Below are positions 9,751 through 18,941 of a DNA stretch of 64,000 nucleotides, in pieces. The position numbers were made by a program, and so were the translations under genes. The stretch is taken from the IMG/VR virus record IMGVR_UViG_2860819427_000001, positions 1 through 64,000 of that record; one strand, 5' to 3'. Every line of letters starts with the position of its first letter. The first letter of the stretch is position 1. Source of the stretch: an uncultured virus (IMG/VR IMGVR_UViG_2860819427_000001) (lineage: Duplodnaviria; Heunggongvirae; Uroviricota; Caudoviricetes). The notes under the pieces are model-generated. The model worked only from the letters and a program-made list of their open reading frames with translations. It was not told the DNA's origin and made no database searches.

Positions 9751-9809
9751 TCAATTATACTCTAAATTGAAAATAATTCAAGAAACGGCAGAAAGGGGGC
9801 TCTCCAAAA

Positions 9810-10994
9810 TTGGAGGCAATAAGACGAGAACTTTGTGACTTCATCGAGGACCATGATATAAAGTATTCTCAGATAGCAAAAGAACTACGTGTTGATAAAT
9901 CATCGATGACAAAATTTAAAAAAGATGGCACGATCGGCTTTAGGGCATTAGTAGTTATGGCGCACTTATTATTTCCAAAAGATCCAGACAGTAAGATTTC
10001 TAACTGGTGTCTCCAGTTAGACGATACCTCTAAAGAGATGGTTAAACAAGCATTTGAGTATGCTGCGATAACCAGAAATACTAAGCTACTTGAACACTTA
10101 ATTAATGAACATAAGGGGAAATCACACCTAAAATCGTATGTTTCTATGTATTGTACTATATTAAATTATATGGATATGAAAATATCCATCAAAGAGATGA
10201 TTCAAGAAATGAACGAATTCAAGGCTTCAAAAGATAAAGAGCTTCACATACTAGCTGGAATTTACAAGTGTTATGGAAATTACAGTTTGGGGGAGTACTT
10301 CCTCGTGATTTCTGACGCGATGGAAATTGGCAGAAACATAAATAAAATGAATGATAAAAGAGAGCTATTTATAAAGGAGTGTTATATTCATAGGTTTGCG
10401 GAAATGATAGCTCCCACATATCTCAAATTAAATAATCTTAAAGGTGCGGCACATTACGCGAATATCATACTACAAGCTAATATATCTCCAAAATTAAAAG
10501 CAGATGCCACGTATCTTCTAGGAATGACCAAATTGCTTCATAATCCAGACGAGTCAATTAAATATTTTGAAAAAAGTTATTCTCTAATGAGACTAACTGG
10601 TGTAGATTACCTCATAAATGACTCTTATAATAACTTAGTAATGGCAAAAGCGTATCAATATAGAAGTGATACACAAAAGTTAAGTGAATACCTTGAATCT
10701 TTAGAGGAGGTGGTTTATTTAGAAGAAGGGGACAGTTTTTATGAGTGCTTAAAGATATATGAAAAAGGGGGTGTTGATAATCTTCTTGAAGGCCATCGTA
10801 AATTCTTATATAAGTCAAACTTCTTTATTTCAGCGCTTATAGCTTCAGACCTACTCTCCACAGGCATACACCCTTATTTATTAGAAACATTGAGTAGTTA
10901 CAAACACAATAAAAAGGAGATGTTTTATTTTGAAGAAGATTTTATTGAGTGTTTTAGTGATCGCAGCGATTTTTTCAGCAGCCGGACAGCTTAA
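9810..10994 (+). CDS. aimR: Arbitrium receptor AimR (HTH plus TPR, RRNPP family)
   Basis: About 390 aa, N-terminal HTH, QAFEYA motif, helical repeats, C-terminal NFF motif; directly followed by a signal-peptide mini-gene. Confidence 0.85.
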   Translation: MEAIRRELCDFIEDHDIKYSQIAKELRVDKSSMTKFKKDGTIGFRALVVMAHLLFPKDPDSKISNWCLQLDDTSKEMVKQAFEYAAITRNTKLLEHLINEHKGKSHLKSYVSMYCTILNYMDMKISIKEMIQEMNEFKASKDKELHILAGIYKCYGNYSLGEYFLVISDAMEIGRNINKMNDKRELFIKECYIHRFAEMIAPTYLKLNNLKGAAHYANIILQANISPKLKADATYLLGMTKLLHNPDESIKYFEKSYSLMRLTGVDYLINDSYNNLVMAKAYQYRSDTQKLSEYLESLEEVVYLEEGDSFYECLKIYEKGGVDNLLEGHRKFLYKSNFFISALIASDLLSTGIHPYLLETLSSYKHNKKEMFYFEEDFIECFSDRSDFFSSRTA

Positions 10995-11058
10995 AGGGTT
11001 TGAATACGCAAGCAGCGATAAGACCTTCGGAACAGCTGAACTTCGCCCCGGAGGTTGA
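10930..11058 (+). CDS. aimP: Arbitrium pro-peptide AimP, predicted mature ELRPGG
   Basis: TTG start, SD AAGGAG; MKKILLSVLVIAAIFSAAGQLKGFEYASSDKTFGTA-ELRPGG (signal peptide, then hexapeptide after Ala). Confidence 0.88.
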   Translation: MKKILLSVLVIAAIFSAAGQLKGFEYASSDKTFGTAELRPGG

Positions 11059-11068
11059 TAATACAAGC

Positions 11069-11093
11069 AGAGCCTTCGGGCTCTTTTCTTTTT
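11069..11093 (+). terminator. Terminator after aimP
   Basis: AGAGCC-TTCG-GGCTCT followed by a T run. Confidence 0.85.
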
Positions 11094-11104
11094 GTCTATA
11101 CAAG

Positions 11105-11142
11105 AAGTTGACTAAATTTCCACAATATAAATATCGCAACTT
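11105..11142. promoter_or_regulatory. Candidate AimR operator
   Basis: AAGTTG-N26-CAACTT; long-spacer inverted repeat like characterised AimR operators; TGnTACGAT at 11165-11173. Confidence 0.45.
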
Positions 11143-11214
11143 TCCGAAAAAACAAACGAATTTTTGGTACGATATGGTCATAGAAGAAATTAATAAAAAG
11201 TTTTTAAAAAGAAA

Positions 11215-11253
11215 TGTCGCAAAATCATTTACTGCCTACCCGTTATATAAGTG
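11215..11253 (+). promoter_or_regulatory. Phage-specific motif A, copy 2
   Basis: TGTCGCAAAA-N10-CCTACCCGTTATATAAGTG. Confidence 0.7.
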
Positions 11254-11275
11254 TAAGGCGAAAGGAGATATCAAA

Positions 11276-11803
11276 TTGGAACAAAAACAATTTAATAGGC
11301 TTCAGTTAGCAGCCGACAGTGGTGCGATACCCTACGTAACTCAAGAATCGGAACGGATCGCCCATCTAATTCCGGATTTTACTTCCTTTGAGCAGGAGTG
11401 CTATCAAGCGATCGGAAGGACGTTAGAAAATCTTGCGGAAAATGGGCGCGAAAAAAAGGCGCTGATACAGCGAATTATTCGCGAAACCCGGCATAGGTTT
11501 GTGAAGAACAGACGATCAAGGGACGAAATCGCAATCGAAGCTATTAACGAAGAAGGAACCGTTTGGGAGCCCGCAGACACTTTGGCGAGTGTTGAGGACG
11601 CGGTTTTGTTTAAAGAAAAAGTCGCCCTGTTGGCGCAGGACGACGAAAGAAAAAAACTTATTCTCGATATTTGGACTCGCGGATGTACAAACGATACGGA
11701 AGTTTCCACGTTGTTGGCGCAACGTTTTGGAGGAAATGCTCCGTCACATCGAAAGTTTATCCAACGATTCCGATCAAACTGTCAACGCGAATTAACAGCT
11801 TAA
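11276..11803 (+). CDS. Putative sigma-factor-like transcription regulator
   Basis: TTG start after AAAGGAG; 175 aa with region-2-like (DFTSFEQE) and region-4-like (RKKLILDIWTRG...HRKFIQRFR) halves. Confidence 0.5.
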   Translation: MEQKQFNRLQLAADSGAIPYVTQESERIAHLIPDFTSFEQECYQAIGRTLENLAENGREKKALIQRIIRETRHRFVKNRRSRDEIAIEAINEEGTVWEPADTLASVEDAVLFKEKVALLAQDDERKKLILDIWTRGCTNDTEVSTLLAQRFGGNAPSHRKFIQRFRSNCQRELTA

Positions 11804-11945
11804 TATTTCTGCCGCAGCTAGGCCCGAAGGACTTTCGCTACGTCCTCATTGTATTGCATATTGTCAACAAATTCAAGGGAACAATGATGCGAACATGTCC
11901 TCGGCCTAGTGCGATTATCCTTAAAATAACGGAGGCTAACGTACT

Positions 11946-12107
11946 ATGCATACATCGATTTTACCCACATTTAACGAATCTCAAACGCTTTTAGCGCTAG
12001 ATGAGCGCAAACTCACCGATTTCATTTATCAAGGCGCATGGCCGCACGACGAAGACCCGGCCGACTATTTCCCGGCTACTCCGATTAAGGCGGTGCGCGT
12101 CGGATGA
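11946..12107 (+). CDS. Hypothetical protein (53 aa)
   Basis: SD GGAGG; ATGA coupling to the next gene. Confidence 0.55.
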   Translation: MHTSILPTFNESQTLLALDERKLTDFIYQGAWPHDEDPADYFPATPIKAVRVG

Positions 12108-12622
12108 GTACTGCCGGTCAGGTCAAGTTTTCGCACCACGCACGCAAGCGCCTTAAAGAACGTTACAATATTACGAATTTACACGTAGCGCGTAATTGGA
12201 TTGCGCAAAAGCTTCAGCACGCAAAGTATCTCGGAATCACCGTAGATTCTAACGGCAAGGAAGCGCGTATGTATGGCGGAAAAGGGGTCGTTATACTCTT
12301 CGCGCTAAATAGCGATTATGTACTGACCGTTCATCCTCCCGAAAAGAATACGGCGATCCGATTTATCAAAGAAGCGTACGATACGATGAAACAAAGCGTA
12401 GAGGCTGCGGTTCAGAATAACGAAAATTATGCCGCGGAACTTCACGAAGAAATCGCGCGCCTGACGACCGAGCTTAAACGAACGCGGTCAAAAGCGAAGA
12501 AGATGGCGTACCAAGCGCGAATCAATGCGGTCCAGATGCGTATTGACGAATTGCCCGCCGAGTCCTTCGAATTAAAACGCAGGCTTACAAAAGCGGCGAA
12601 AGGAGTTGTGGCGTATGTCTGA
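12104..12622 (+). CDS. Hypothetical protein (DUF4258-like N-terminus plus coiled coil)
   Basis: FSHHARKRLKER motif. Confidence 0.6.
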   Translation: MSTAGQVKFSHHARKRLKERYNITNLHVARNWIAQKLQHAKYLGITVDSNGKEARMYGGKGVVILFALNSDYVLTVHPPEKNTAIRFIKEAYDTMKQSVEAAVQNNENYAAELHEEIARLTTELKRTRSKAKKMAYQARINAVQMRIDELPAESFELKRRLTKAAKGVVAYV

Positions 12623-12710
12623 TCTTTCGTGGGTGGGACCGATTGCCGCCGTCATCATCGGATTAATACTTTTCGGCATGTGGACGCAAGCGGGCGAAGA
12701 CGACGCATGA
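12615..12710 (+). CDS. Small single-TM protein (31 aa)
   Basis: MSDLSWVGPIAAVIIGLILFGMWTQAGEDDA; SD AAGGAG. Confidence 0.55.
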   Translation: MSDLSWVGPIAAVIIGLILFGMWTQAGEDDA

Positions 12711-12859
12711 TAGGCGCGTCGCGTCCTCGGAGAATGTCGGGGCGGCCGTTAGGTAATCCGTGTCGCGTCGCTACTGCCAAGCGCTGGCGGCGTTTCGGGC
12801 GCAGACACCGGCATTTTGCGAGGGCGAAAAGCCTTAATAAAAACGTAGGGGGAAAACGA

Positions 12860-13651
12860 ATGACACAATTTCAAAAAGGCGCAGCAGCACTAGGAGCTTT
12901 ACAGTCAGGCGGAAGCGAAGGCGGCAACTTAAATACGATCGACTTCGCAAAGTTTAGCGTAGGTGCTTCTTATAAGGTGCGCGTGCTCGGTACGGAAGAT
13001 TTAATGCAGTATTTCGGTTATGGCGTTTACAAGAAGGTAAATACGTTTGTTGCGAAGAATCCTTCTACGCGTAACGAAAAGGGCTTCGTAGTAAGCGATC
13101 ATACTCCGTGGGATTTAGCCGAGAAGTATCACCGTGATCTCCAATTCGCAGCCAGAGACGCAGGCAACGAAAAAGAAGAGAAAGCGCAAAGCCAAGAGGC
13201 CGGCAAATATCGCGGCAAGGAACGTTTCGCTATGGGCTTCGTTGACCTGGCGACCGGAAAAGAAATTGTTGTAGATTTAACGCGCAACCAAGCGCTGGAC
13301 GTATACGCAACAATTAGGAAATACGAAAAGAAACTCGGCAAGCTTGCGTTTGAATTAACGAAAACGAACGCGACAGGACAGGCGAAAGATACTAAGGTAG
13401 CGCTCACGCCTCTAATCGACTTTGACGAAGATCTTAACGAAAAGGAACGCGAGAACTTCGCCAAGTTTGACGGCAAGGAATTTAACTCGACGCTATTTGA
13501 CGGATTGCTTTTCGAAGCTGACGAAAAAACGCAAATCGAAAACCTTGTTGCGGCCGGATTCGATATCAGTTTGATCGGTCTGTCACTCGGCGGAAATGCT
13601 GCGAACGAACCTGAGCCTTGGAAGCCGACTGACGAAGAATTACCGTTCTAA
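12860..13651 (+). CDS. Putative phage ssDNA-binding protein
   Basis: Acidic C-terminal tail DEELPF; position in the replication module; SD before ATG 12860. Confidence 0.6.
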   Translation: MTQFQKGAAALGALQSGGSEGGNLNTIDFAKFSVGASYKVRVLGTEDLMQYFGYGVYKKVNTFVAKNPSTRNEKGFVVSDHTPWDLAEKYHRDLQFAARDAGNEKEEKAQSQEAGKYRGKERFAMGFVDLATGKEIVVDLTRNQALDVYATIRKYEKKLGKLAFELTKTNATGQAKDTKVALTPLIDFDEDLNEKERENFAKFDGKEFNSTLFDGLLFEADEKTQIENLVAAGFDISLIGLSLGGNAANEPEPWKPTDEELPF

Positions 13652-13693
13652 TCACGTACCAACCGAGCAACCAAACGAAAAGGAGGCGCTTAT

Positions 13694-14128
13694 ATGGCGC
13701 ATAAAGCAGAAGATACCGGAAAGTATTCGGAACTGATCGCGCGTGCTGCGTTGCTGGCTAGCGGCTGGCAGGCGGTCAGTACGTCCGAAACGGAAGAGGC
13801 ATTCGATATTAGCGCAAAAGATCCGTTAAGCGGCGAGTGGAAAACGTTTCAGGTGAAGACGATTTATGACCGGAAGAAGCGCGGCAGCCTTATCGTTCAG
13901 GCGCGTAAAAGCGACCGGACACCGTATAGGCTCGATGAAGTCGATTACTTTATCGGCGTGCTGATCGGCCGCGGTCCGGTGCCTACCGTGTGGATGTTCG
14001 AGAACCGCGAGCTCACCGAATATTGGGGGCCGCAGTCGAAGGACGGCAAGCGGTGGGTACGGATGGATTTGAATTTCCGGCGCGAAGACGTAGATCTTAC
14101 GAAAATTAACGAATCGGAGGCGGTATAA
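13694..14128 (+). CDS. PD-(D/E)xK nuclease
   Basis: GKYSE...FD...FQVKT motif. Confidence 0.7.
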   Translation: MAHKAEDTGKYSELIARAALLASGWQAVSTSETEEAFDISAKDPLSGEWKTFQVKTIYDRKKRGSLIVQARKSDRTPYRLDEVDYFIGVLIGRGPVPTVWMFENRELTEYWGPQSKDGKRWVRMDLNFRREDVDLTKINESEAV

Positions 14129-15427
14129 ATGGCGAAATTAAACGGCGTTAAGACACTCGATATGGTGAACGGTGAAACTACGAAGGTTGCGTATGGCGGT
14201 GCGGAATACGAGCGTGTGGAGGGGAGCGCTGACGAATTCGGGAGGATCGGCGATCTGGTGCTTAATGGACGCATTCACTGCGCCTTAACTGTAGGCGCGT
14301 TTTACGAAATAGTACTTCACGAGGCCTACGGATGGAAAACAGTTCGAGATGATATCGGGGATTGGCACAGCGCCGTATTGCGTCATTCAGGGAGCGTACT
14401 CTTCCGCAAAGTATCCGCCAGCACCAGTCCGTCCTTAGAAGAACGCGTCAGCTCTGCGGAAGGCGAAATCGAATCGTTAAAATCCGACGTGGCTGCGTTG
14501 AAGGGCGAACCGGAATACAAGCTGATTGACGTAGCTGAGGCGCAGGAAGGCGATTATGTTAAGTTCGATGAGGCTCCTAAACGCTATCTAACCTCGGGCA
14601 AGTATTACGAAATTGATTACGTTGATTCGCAAGGAGATCCATGGATTACTGACGACGATGGGGACGAATTTGATACACAAGTGCTGCACTATGATGAATT
14701 CGAAGTCTTCCGCAAAGTAAGCGCCGCAAGCGCAGAAAATGAACCGAAGCCTGAGCACCTGAAGGTCGGTGCTTATGCGAAGGTGGTTGACGCATCCGAT
14801 TATCACATCTTCCGCGACGGAGATATCGTTGAAATAGTTGAAGATCCGTTCACGGGATCAACTAACGAATGCGCTCGTAAAATTACAAGCGGAGTGACTC
14901 AATACGTCCCGAAACGTCAGTTAGTACGCGCCACTGACGAAGAAGTTGCCGAAGCTAAAGACGCAGCAGCACGCGCTAAATTTAAAAAAGGCGCAAAGGT
15001 ACGTTTGCTTTCGGGCGGCGGAGAGCACCCTTTATGCGGATTCACGGACGGTAAGATTTACGAGGTTGTAAATAATAACTTCGATCATCCTAACGGTAAA
15101 CGCATTCAAATCGAAGACGGATTTGCAACGCCGGATCAGCTCGAAATTTTATCCGAAGAGGAAGCCGCCGAGATCGAACGCCAGCAAGCCGAAGAAGCGA
15201 AGTGGGCGAAGATCGGACGCAAGGTTGGCGAATATAAGAAAGGCGATGTCGTTACGTATGATGATCCGGAGTTTTTCGAAAATAGCGGAATCGGAGAAGT
15301 CGTTAGCGTTTTCGGAGGAGATCCTAAGGTGATGGCGATTGACTACGAAGGGGATAAAAACCAGTACTACCTTGAACCAGCTCAACTCCGACTTATCACG
15401 CCAGTCGAGGCGCGCTTTGACCGCTAA
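14129..15427 (+). CDS. Multi-module hypothetical protein (repeated SH3/KOW-like units)
   Basis: RIGDLV, QEGDYV, KVGAYA, KKGAKV and KKGDVV units. Confidence 0.7.
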   Translation: MAKLNGVKTLDMVNGETTKVAYGGAEYERVEGSADEFGRIGDLVLNGRIHCALTVGAFYEIVLHEAYGWKTVRDDIGDWHSAVLRHSGSVLFRKVSASTSPSLEERVSSAEGEIESLKSDVAALKGEPEYKLIDVAEAQEGDYVKFDEAPKRYLTSGKYYEIDYVDSQGDPWITDDDGDEFDTQVLHYDEFEVFRKVSAASAENEPKPEHLKVGAYAKVVDASDYHIFRDGDIVEIVEDPFTGSTNECARKITSGVTQYVPKRQLVRATDEEVAEAKDAAARAKFKKGAKVRLLSGGGEHPLCGFTDGKIYEVVNNNFDHPNGKRIQIEDGFATPDQLEILSEEEAAEIERQQAEEAKWAKIGRKVGEYKKGDVVTYDDPEFFENSGIGEVVSVFGGDPKVMAIDYEGDKNQYYLEPAQLRLITPVEARFDR

Positions 15428-15596
15428 GCCGGCCGCCGTCTGCGCCGCATGTAACGCTAACCTCTACGAAGGGCGATCCGCAATTTACGATTCGTTCTTC
15501 GAGGTTTACGCGTGCGGGCCGTCTTGCTGGTCGGAGTGGTATGCGGGGAATGAAGCGAACTATAAACGAAGATGGGCGGAGGCGGTCGATCTATGA
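15417..15596 (+). CDS. Small Zn-finger protein
   Basis: CAAC...CGPSC; TTG start after GAGG. Confidence 0.55.
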   Translation: MTAKPAAVCAACNANLYEGRSAIYDSFFEVYACGPSCWSEWYAGNEANYKRRWAEAVDL

Positions 15597-15748
15597 GGAC
15601 GAAAGTGGATCGAATATTCTCGTACACATTCGGAGCTTATTTCGTAGGAATGGGTGTACTCGCCGGGGTAAACAACGAATGGATAGGAGTTATCTTATTC
15701 GGAATGCTAGCGTCACTTTACGGAATTATGAACTATCGGGCGGAATAA
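15593..15748 (+). CDS. Small membrane protein (51 aa)
   Basis: SD GGAGG; two hydrophobic segments. Confidence 0.5.
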   Translation: MRTKVDRIFSYTFGAYFVGMGVLAGVNNEWIGVILFGMLASLYGIMNYRAE

Positions 15749-15782
15749 CCCGCAATTACTTCGCGAGGAAGGAGGACGACGG

Positions 15783-18029
15783 ATGGAAGGCTTACGGTTA
15801 AATATGAACGCGTTGAAGCCGGTGGCGCCGAAATCGGACGCAGTAGAGGCGACGGCCAAGCGGAAGGCAAAAGCCAAGACCGCCGAGCCGATCGAGGAAA
15901 GCTGGCGCAAGATATTCGCGATGAAGCTATCGGATGCCGACCGCAAAAGGGTAACGGAAGTCAAGGCGGCTATGGATGCGGGCAAGCTAGCACGGAATCC
16001 GGCTGACTGCGTTAACAAGGCCGGCAACCCTAAAGCGTTCAGCAAGGCGGAGGCGCTCCGGCTATGGAAGACGCTGCAAGAAGCCCAGCGCGAAGAAACC
16101 CTGCGGCAGATGGTCGAGAACACGCCGGATAATTACTGGTTGATTACGGATGTTGAACGTTTCAACGAATTTCTAGCGCTGCTGGCTGACGAAGAAGAGC
16201 TCGTATTCGACGTAGAGACGACGGGCACAGACGTATGGAATGACTATATTGTCGGCCATGTAATAACGGCCATTAAAGCGGACGTTCATGCGTATATACC
16301 GACGAAGCACAAAACGGATCACCCGCAATTAGACAACGCGTATGTGCTCGAAAAGTTGCGCCCGTTTTATGAAGACGAGTCGATCGGTAAGCTCGCCCAT
16401 AACGCCAAGTTCGATATACACATGCTGGATCGTGAAGGTATTAAGCTGCGTGGATTAACGTGGGACACTCAGGAAGCTATGCGGCTGCTTAACGAAAACG
16501 AGCCGTCCTTTGCGCTGAAGAATCTTGTTACTAAGTACCTGCGAATTAAATCGGATACCTACGGAGATTTATTCGGAAAGATCGGCTTTGACGAAATCAG
16601 CGACTTGAAAATTGCACTTGCCTACGCTGCTAAAGACGGTGACGTTACGCGCAAACTACGCGATTTCCAACGCTACCAGCTCAGCAAATTTCCGGATATT
16701 CTTCGATATTACGAAACGGTAGAAGTTCCGTTGATAAGCGTCGTGCAAAAACTGGAGTCTACCGGATTCGATATTGACTTAGATTTCGCGAAGGAGTACG
16801 GCAGAGAAATTAAAGCGCAGATTGATCGTTTATACGCGGAGATTATCGACGAATTAGGCGACATCAACATTAACTCGCCGGCACAGCTTAAACCGGCGTT
16901 GGAGAAAGCGACCGGAGAGAAATTAGCGTCAACTGATGCGAAGAAAGTGCTGAAACCACTCGCGAAAAAGCATCCGATCATTAAAAAGCTTCTCGAATAT
17001 AAGGAGCTGTTCAAGCTGTACTCAACGTACATCAATGCTTTGCCGGAATTGATTGATCGAAAGACTGGAAAGCTTTACACGAATTTTAATCAAAACGGGG
17101 CGAAAACTGGTCGCTTTTCATCCGGAGGAACCGGTGTCAATCTACAGAATCAGCCGAAGGAAGCACGTAAATTATTCGTCGCGCCTAAAGGTTACGTGAT
17201 ACTTGGTGGAGACTGGAGTCAGCAAGAATACCGGTGCCTTGCGTACTTCTCGCAAGATCCGAAGCTAGTCAGTAACTACCTGCAAGGAAACGATTTGTAC
17301 GCGTCCATTGCGTCCGAGGTTTTTAACAAGCCGATAGAAGAATGCGGGGACGGATCAGTTTATCGTAAGCAAGCGAAGGTTATCATGCTCGCGGTTGCTT
17401 ACGGTGGCGGCGCTAACATGCTTAAAGATGCGATTGGGATTACGAAACAGGAAGCGCAAAAGTTCCTCGATAGCTTCTTCGAAAGGTTTCCGGTGGTTAA
17501 GAAGTGGGTCGAATCGAATCAAGATTTCGTTAAAAAACACGGCTACGTATGGATGGACCACAACCAGCGTAAGAGACGTTTGCCTGACGCAAAGGATAGG
17601 AACGCCAAAGGACACTACTCGGCTGTGTATACGCAGTCAACAAACGCAAGAGTTCAAGGATCAGCAGCGATTCAGACCAAAGAGACAATGATTGCACTGC
17701 AAGAGTTGTGCGATAGGAAGACGGCTGAAGGGCGCGGTATATGGCGGCCGTGGTGCGTAGTGCATGACGAAGACCTGTTGTTAGTTCCGGAAACAATTAC
17801 GCGAGAAGACGTAGCAGCTTTCGAAGACGTGATGGTGAATACGTACGTTTTCGGTAATATTCCGAACAAAACCGATATCGAAATCATGCGGCGATGGGGC
17901 GAAGGTATGAAAGTAGACGAATTTTTCACTGGCGTAGTCAATCGCGATGATTATCCTAAGGTGGACGATTACGAAAAACAAAAACGGATTGTTAGCGAAG
18001 GCTGGCAAGGAAAAACGGAGGCGGTTTGA
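15783..18029 (+). CDS. polA: Family A DNA polymerase with 3'-5' exonuclease
   Basis: FDVET, HNAKFD, TGRFSS, DWSQQEYR, QGSAA and VHDE motifs. Confidence 0.95.
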   Translation: MEGLRLNMNALKPVAPKSDAVEATAKRKAKAKTAEPIEESWRKIFAMKLSDADRKRVTEVKAAMDAGKLARNPADCVNKAGNPKAFSKAEALRLWKTLQEAQREETLRQMVENTPDNYWLITDVERFNEFLALLADEEELVFDVETTGTDVWNDYIVGHVITAIKADVHAYIPTKHKTDHPQLDNAYVLEKLRPFYEDESIGKLAHNAKFDIHMLDREGIKLRGLTWDTQEAMRLLNENEPSFALKNLVTKYLRIKSDTYGDLFGKIGFDEISDLKIALAYAAKDGDVTRKLRDFQRYQLSKFPDILRYYETVEVPLISVVQKLESTGFDIDLDFAKEYGREIKAQIDRLYAEIIDELGDININSPAQLKPALEKATGEKLASTDAKKVLKPLAKKHPIIKKLLEYKELFKLYSTYINALPELIDRKTGKLYTNFNQNGAKTGRFSSGGTGVNLQNQPKEARKLFVAPKGYVILGGDWSQQEYRCLAYFSQDPKLVSNYLQGNDLYASIASEVFNKPIEECGDGSVYRKQAKVIMLAVAYGGGANMLKDAIGITKQEAQKFLDSFFERFPVVKKWVESNQDFVKKHGYVWMDHNQRKRRLPDAKDRNAKGHYSAVYTQSTNARVQGSAAIQTKETMIALQELCDRKTAEGRGIWRPWCVVHDEDLLLVPETITREDVAAFEDVMVNTYVFGNIPNKTDIEIMRRWGEGMKVDEFFTGVVNRDDYPKVDDYEKQKRIVSEGWQGKTEAV

Positions 18030-18940
18030 TGAGCGAAATGAAAAAATATACGGATGTTGTGCGCCTAGGTCATCGTACTACTGAGGGCGTTCTTACTGCA
18101 GATGACTACGTTGTTGTTTACGAAAAATTAGACGGGGCAAATGCATCGTTCACACTCAACCCTGAAACGCATGAATTGGAAGCTTTTTCACGTAATAGGA
18201 AGCTAGACAGCGAGAACAACTTACGGGGGTTCTATGAATATACGCAGAAAATTGACCCGGAGGATCTCAACAGCGATTACATCTACTTCGGAGAATGGCT
18301 CGTTAAGCACAAGGTTGATTATGGTGTTAATAAGAATGAATTTTACCTCTTCGATATTTACGACAAGAAAGATGGCGTGTATCTCTCACATGTGGACGTT
18401 GTTGCGGAGGCTTTCCGGATTGGTCTTACTTTGGCCCCTATTCTTTACGCAGGGAAATATCGCGGGTTCGAGCATTTACAAAACTTTGTTGGGCGCAGTG
18501 CACTAGCGGATGAATTGGCCGGAGGCGAGGGAGTTGTCGTAAAGAACGTAAGCTACCGCGATAATTTCGGAAAGCAGCTTTTCGTAAAAGTCGTCAGTGA
18601 TTCGTTCAGAGAAATGCAGCCGCAGAAAGCTCCACGCGATCCTGCGAAATTAAACGCCGAGCAAACCTTCGTAAGAACGTTCGCAACGAAAGGACGCGTC
18701 GATAAACTCCTACGAAAGATGGTTGACGAAGGGGTTATCGAAGAGAAGTTCGATCTATCGGACATGGGCGTAATCCTCTCGCATTTAGGCGGCCGAGTAT
18801 ACGACGACCTTATTAAAGAAGAATCCGACAGTTTGTCGCAAGATTTCGAAGAAAAAGCTGTACGTAAGGCAATCGGAAAATTCGTTCCGGTGCTTGTGCG
18901 GGAGATTATCGAAGAAGAAACAAAACGGGAGGCGGTTTAA
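18029..18940 (+). CDS. RNA ligase (Rnl2-like)
   Basis: YEKLDGAN, FGEW, FYLFDI, EGVVVK and FVKVVS nucleotidyltransferase motifs; helical C-terminal domain. Confidence 0.8.
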   Translation: MSEMKKYTDVVRLGHRTTEGVLTADDYVVVYEKLDGANASFTLNPETHELEAFSRNRKLDSENNLRGFYEYTQKIDPEDLNSDYIYFGEWLVKHKVDYGVNKNEFYLFDIYDKKDGVYLSHVDVVAEAFRIGLTLAPILYAGKYRGFEHLQNFVGRSALADELAGGEGVVVKNVSYRDNFGKQLFVKVVSDSFREMQPQKAPRDPAKLNAEQTFVRTFATKGRVDKLLRKMVDEGVIEEKFDLSDMGVILSHLGGRVYDDLIKEESDSLSQDFEEKAVRKAIGKFVPVLVREIIEEETKREAV

Positions 18941-18941
18941 T

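Noticed and set aside
11000..11275. N-terminal extension of the 267-aa ORF
   Set aside because: It spans aimP, a terminator and promoter elements; the SD supports TTG 11276
11890..11903. LexA box CGAACATGTCCTCG
   Set aside because: The right half-site is broken and the sequence is explained by the hairpin arm
12629..12859. Arg-rich N-terminus of the SSB-like ORF
   Set aside because: Overlaps a small gene and a structured leader; the SD supports ATG 12860
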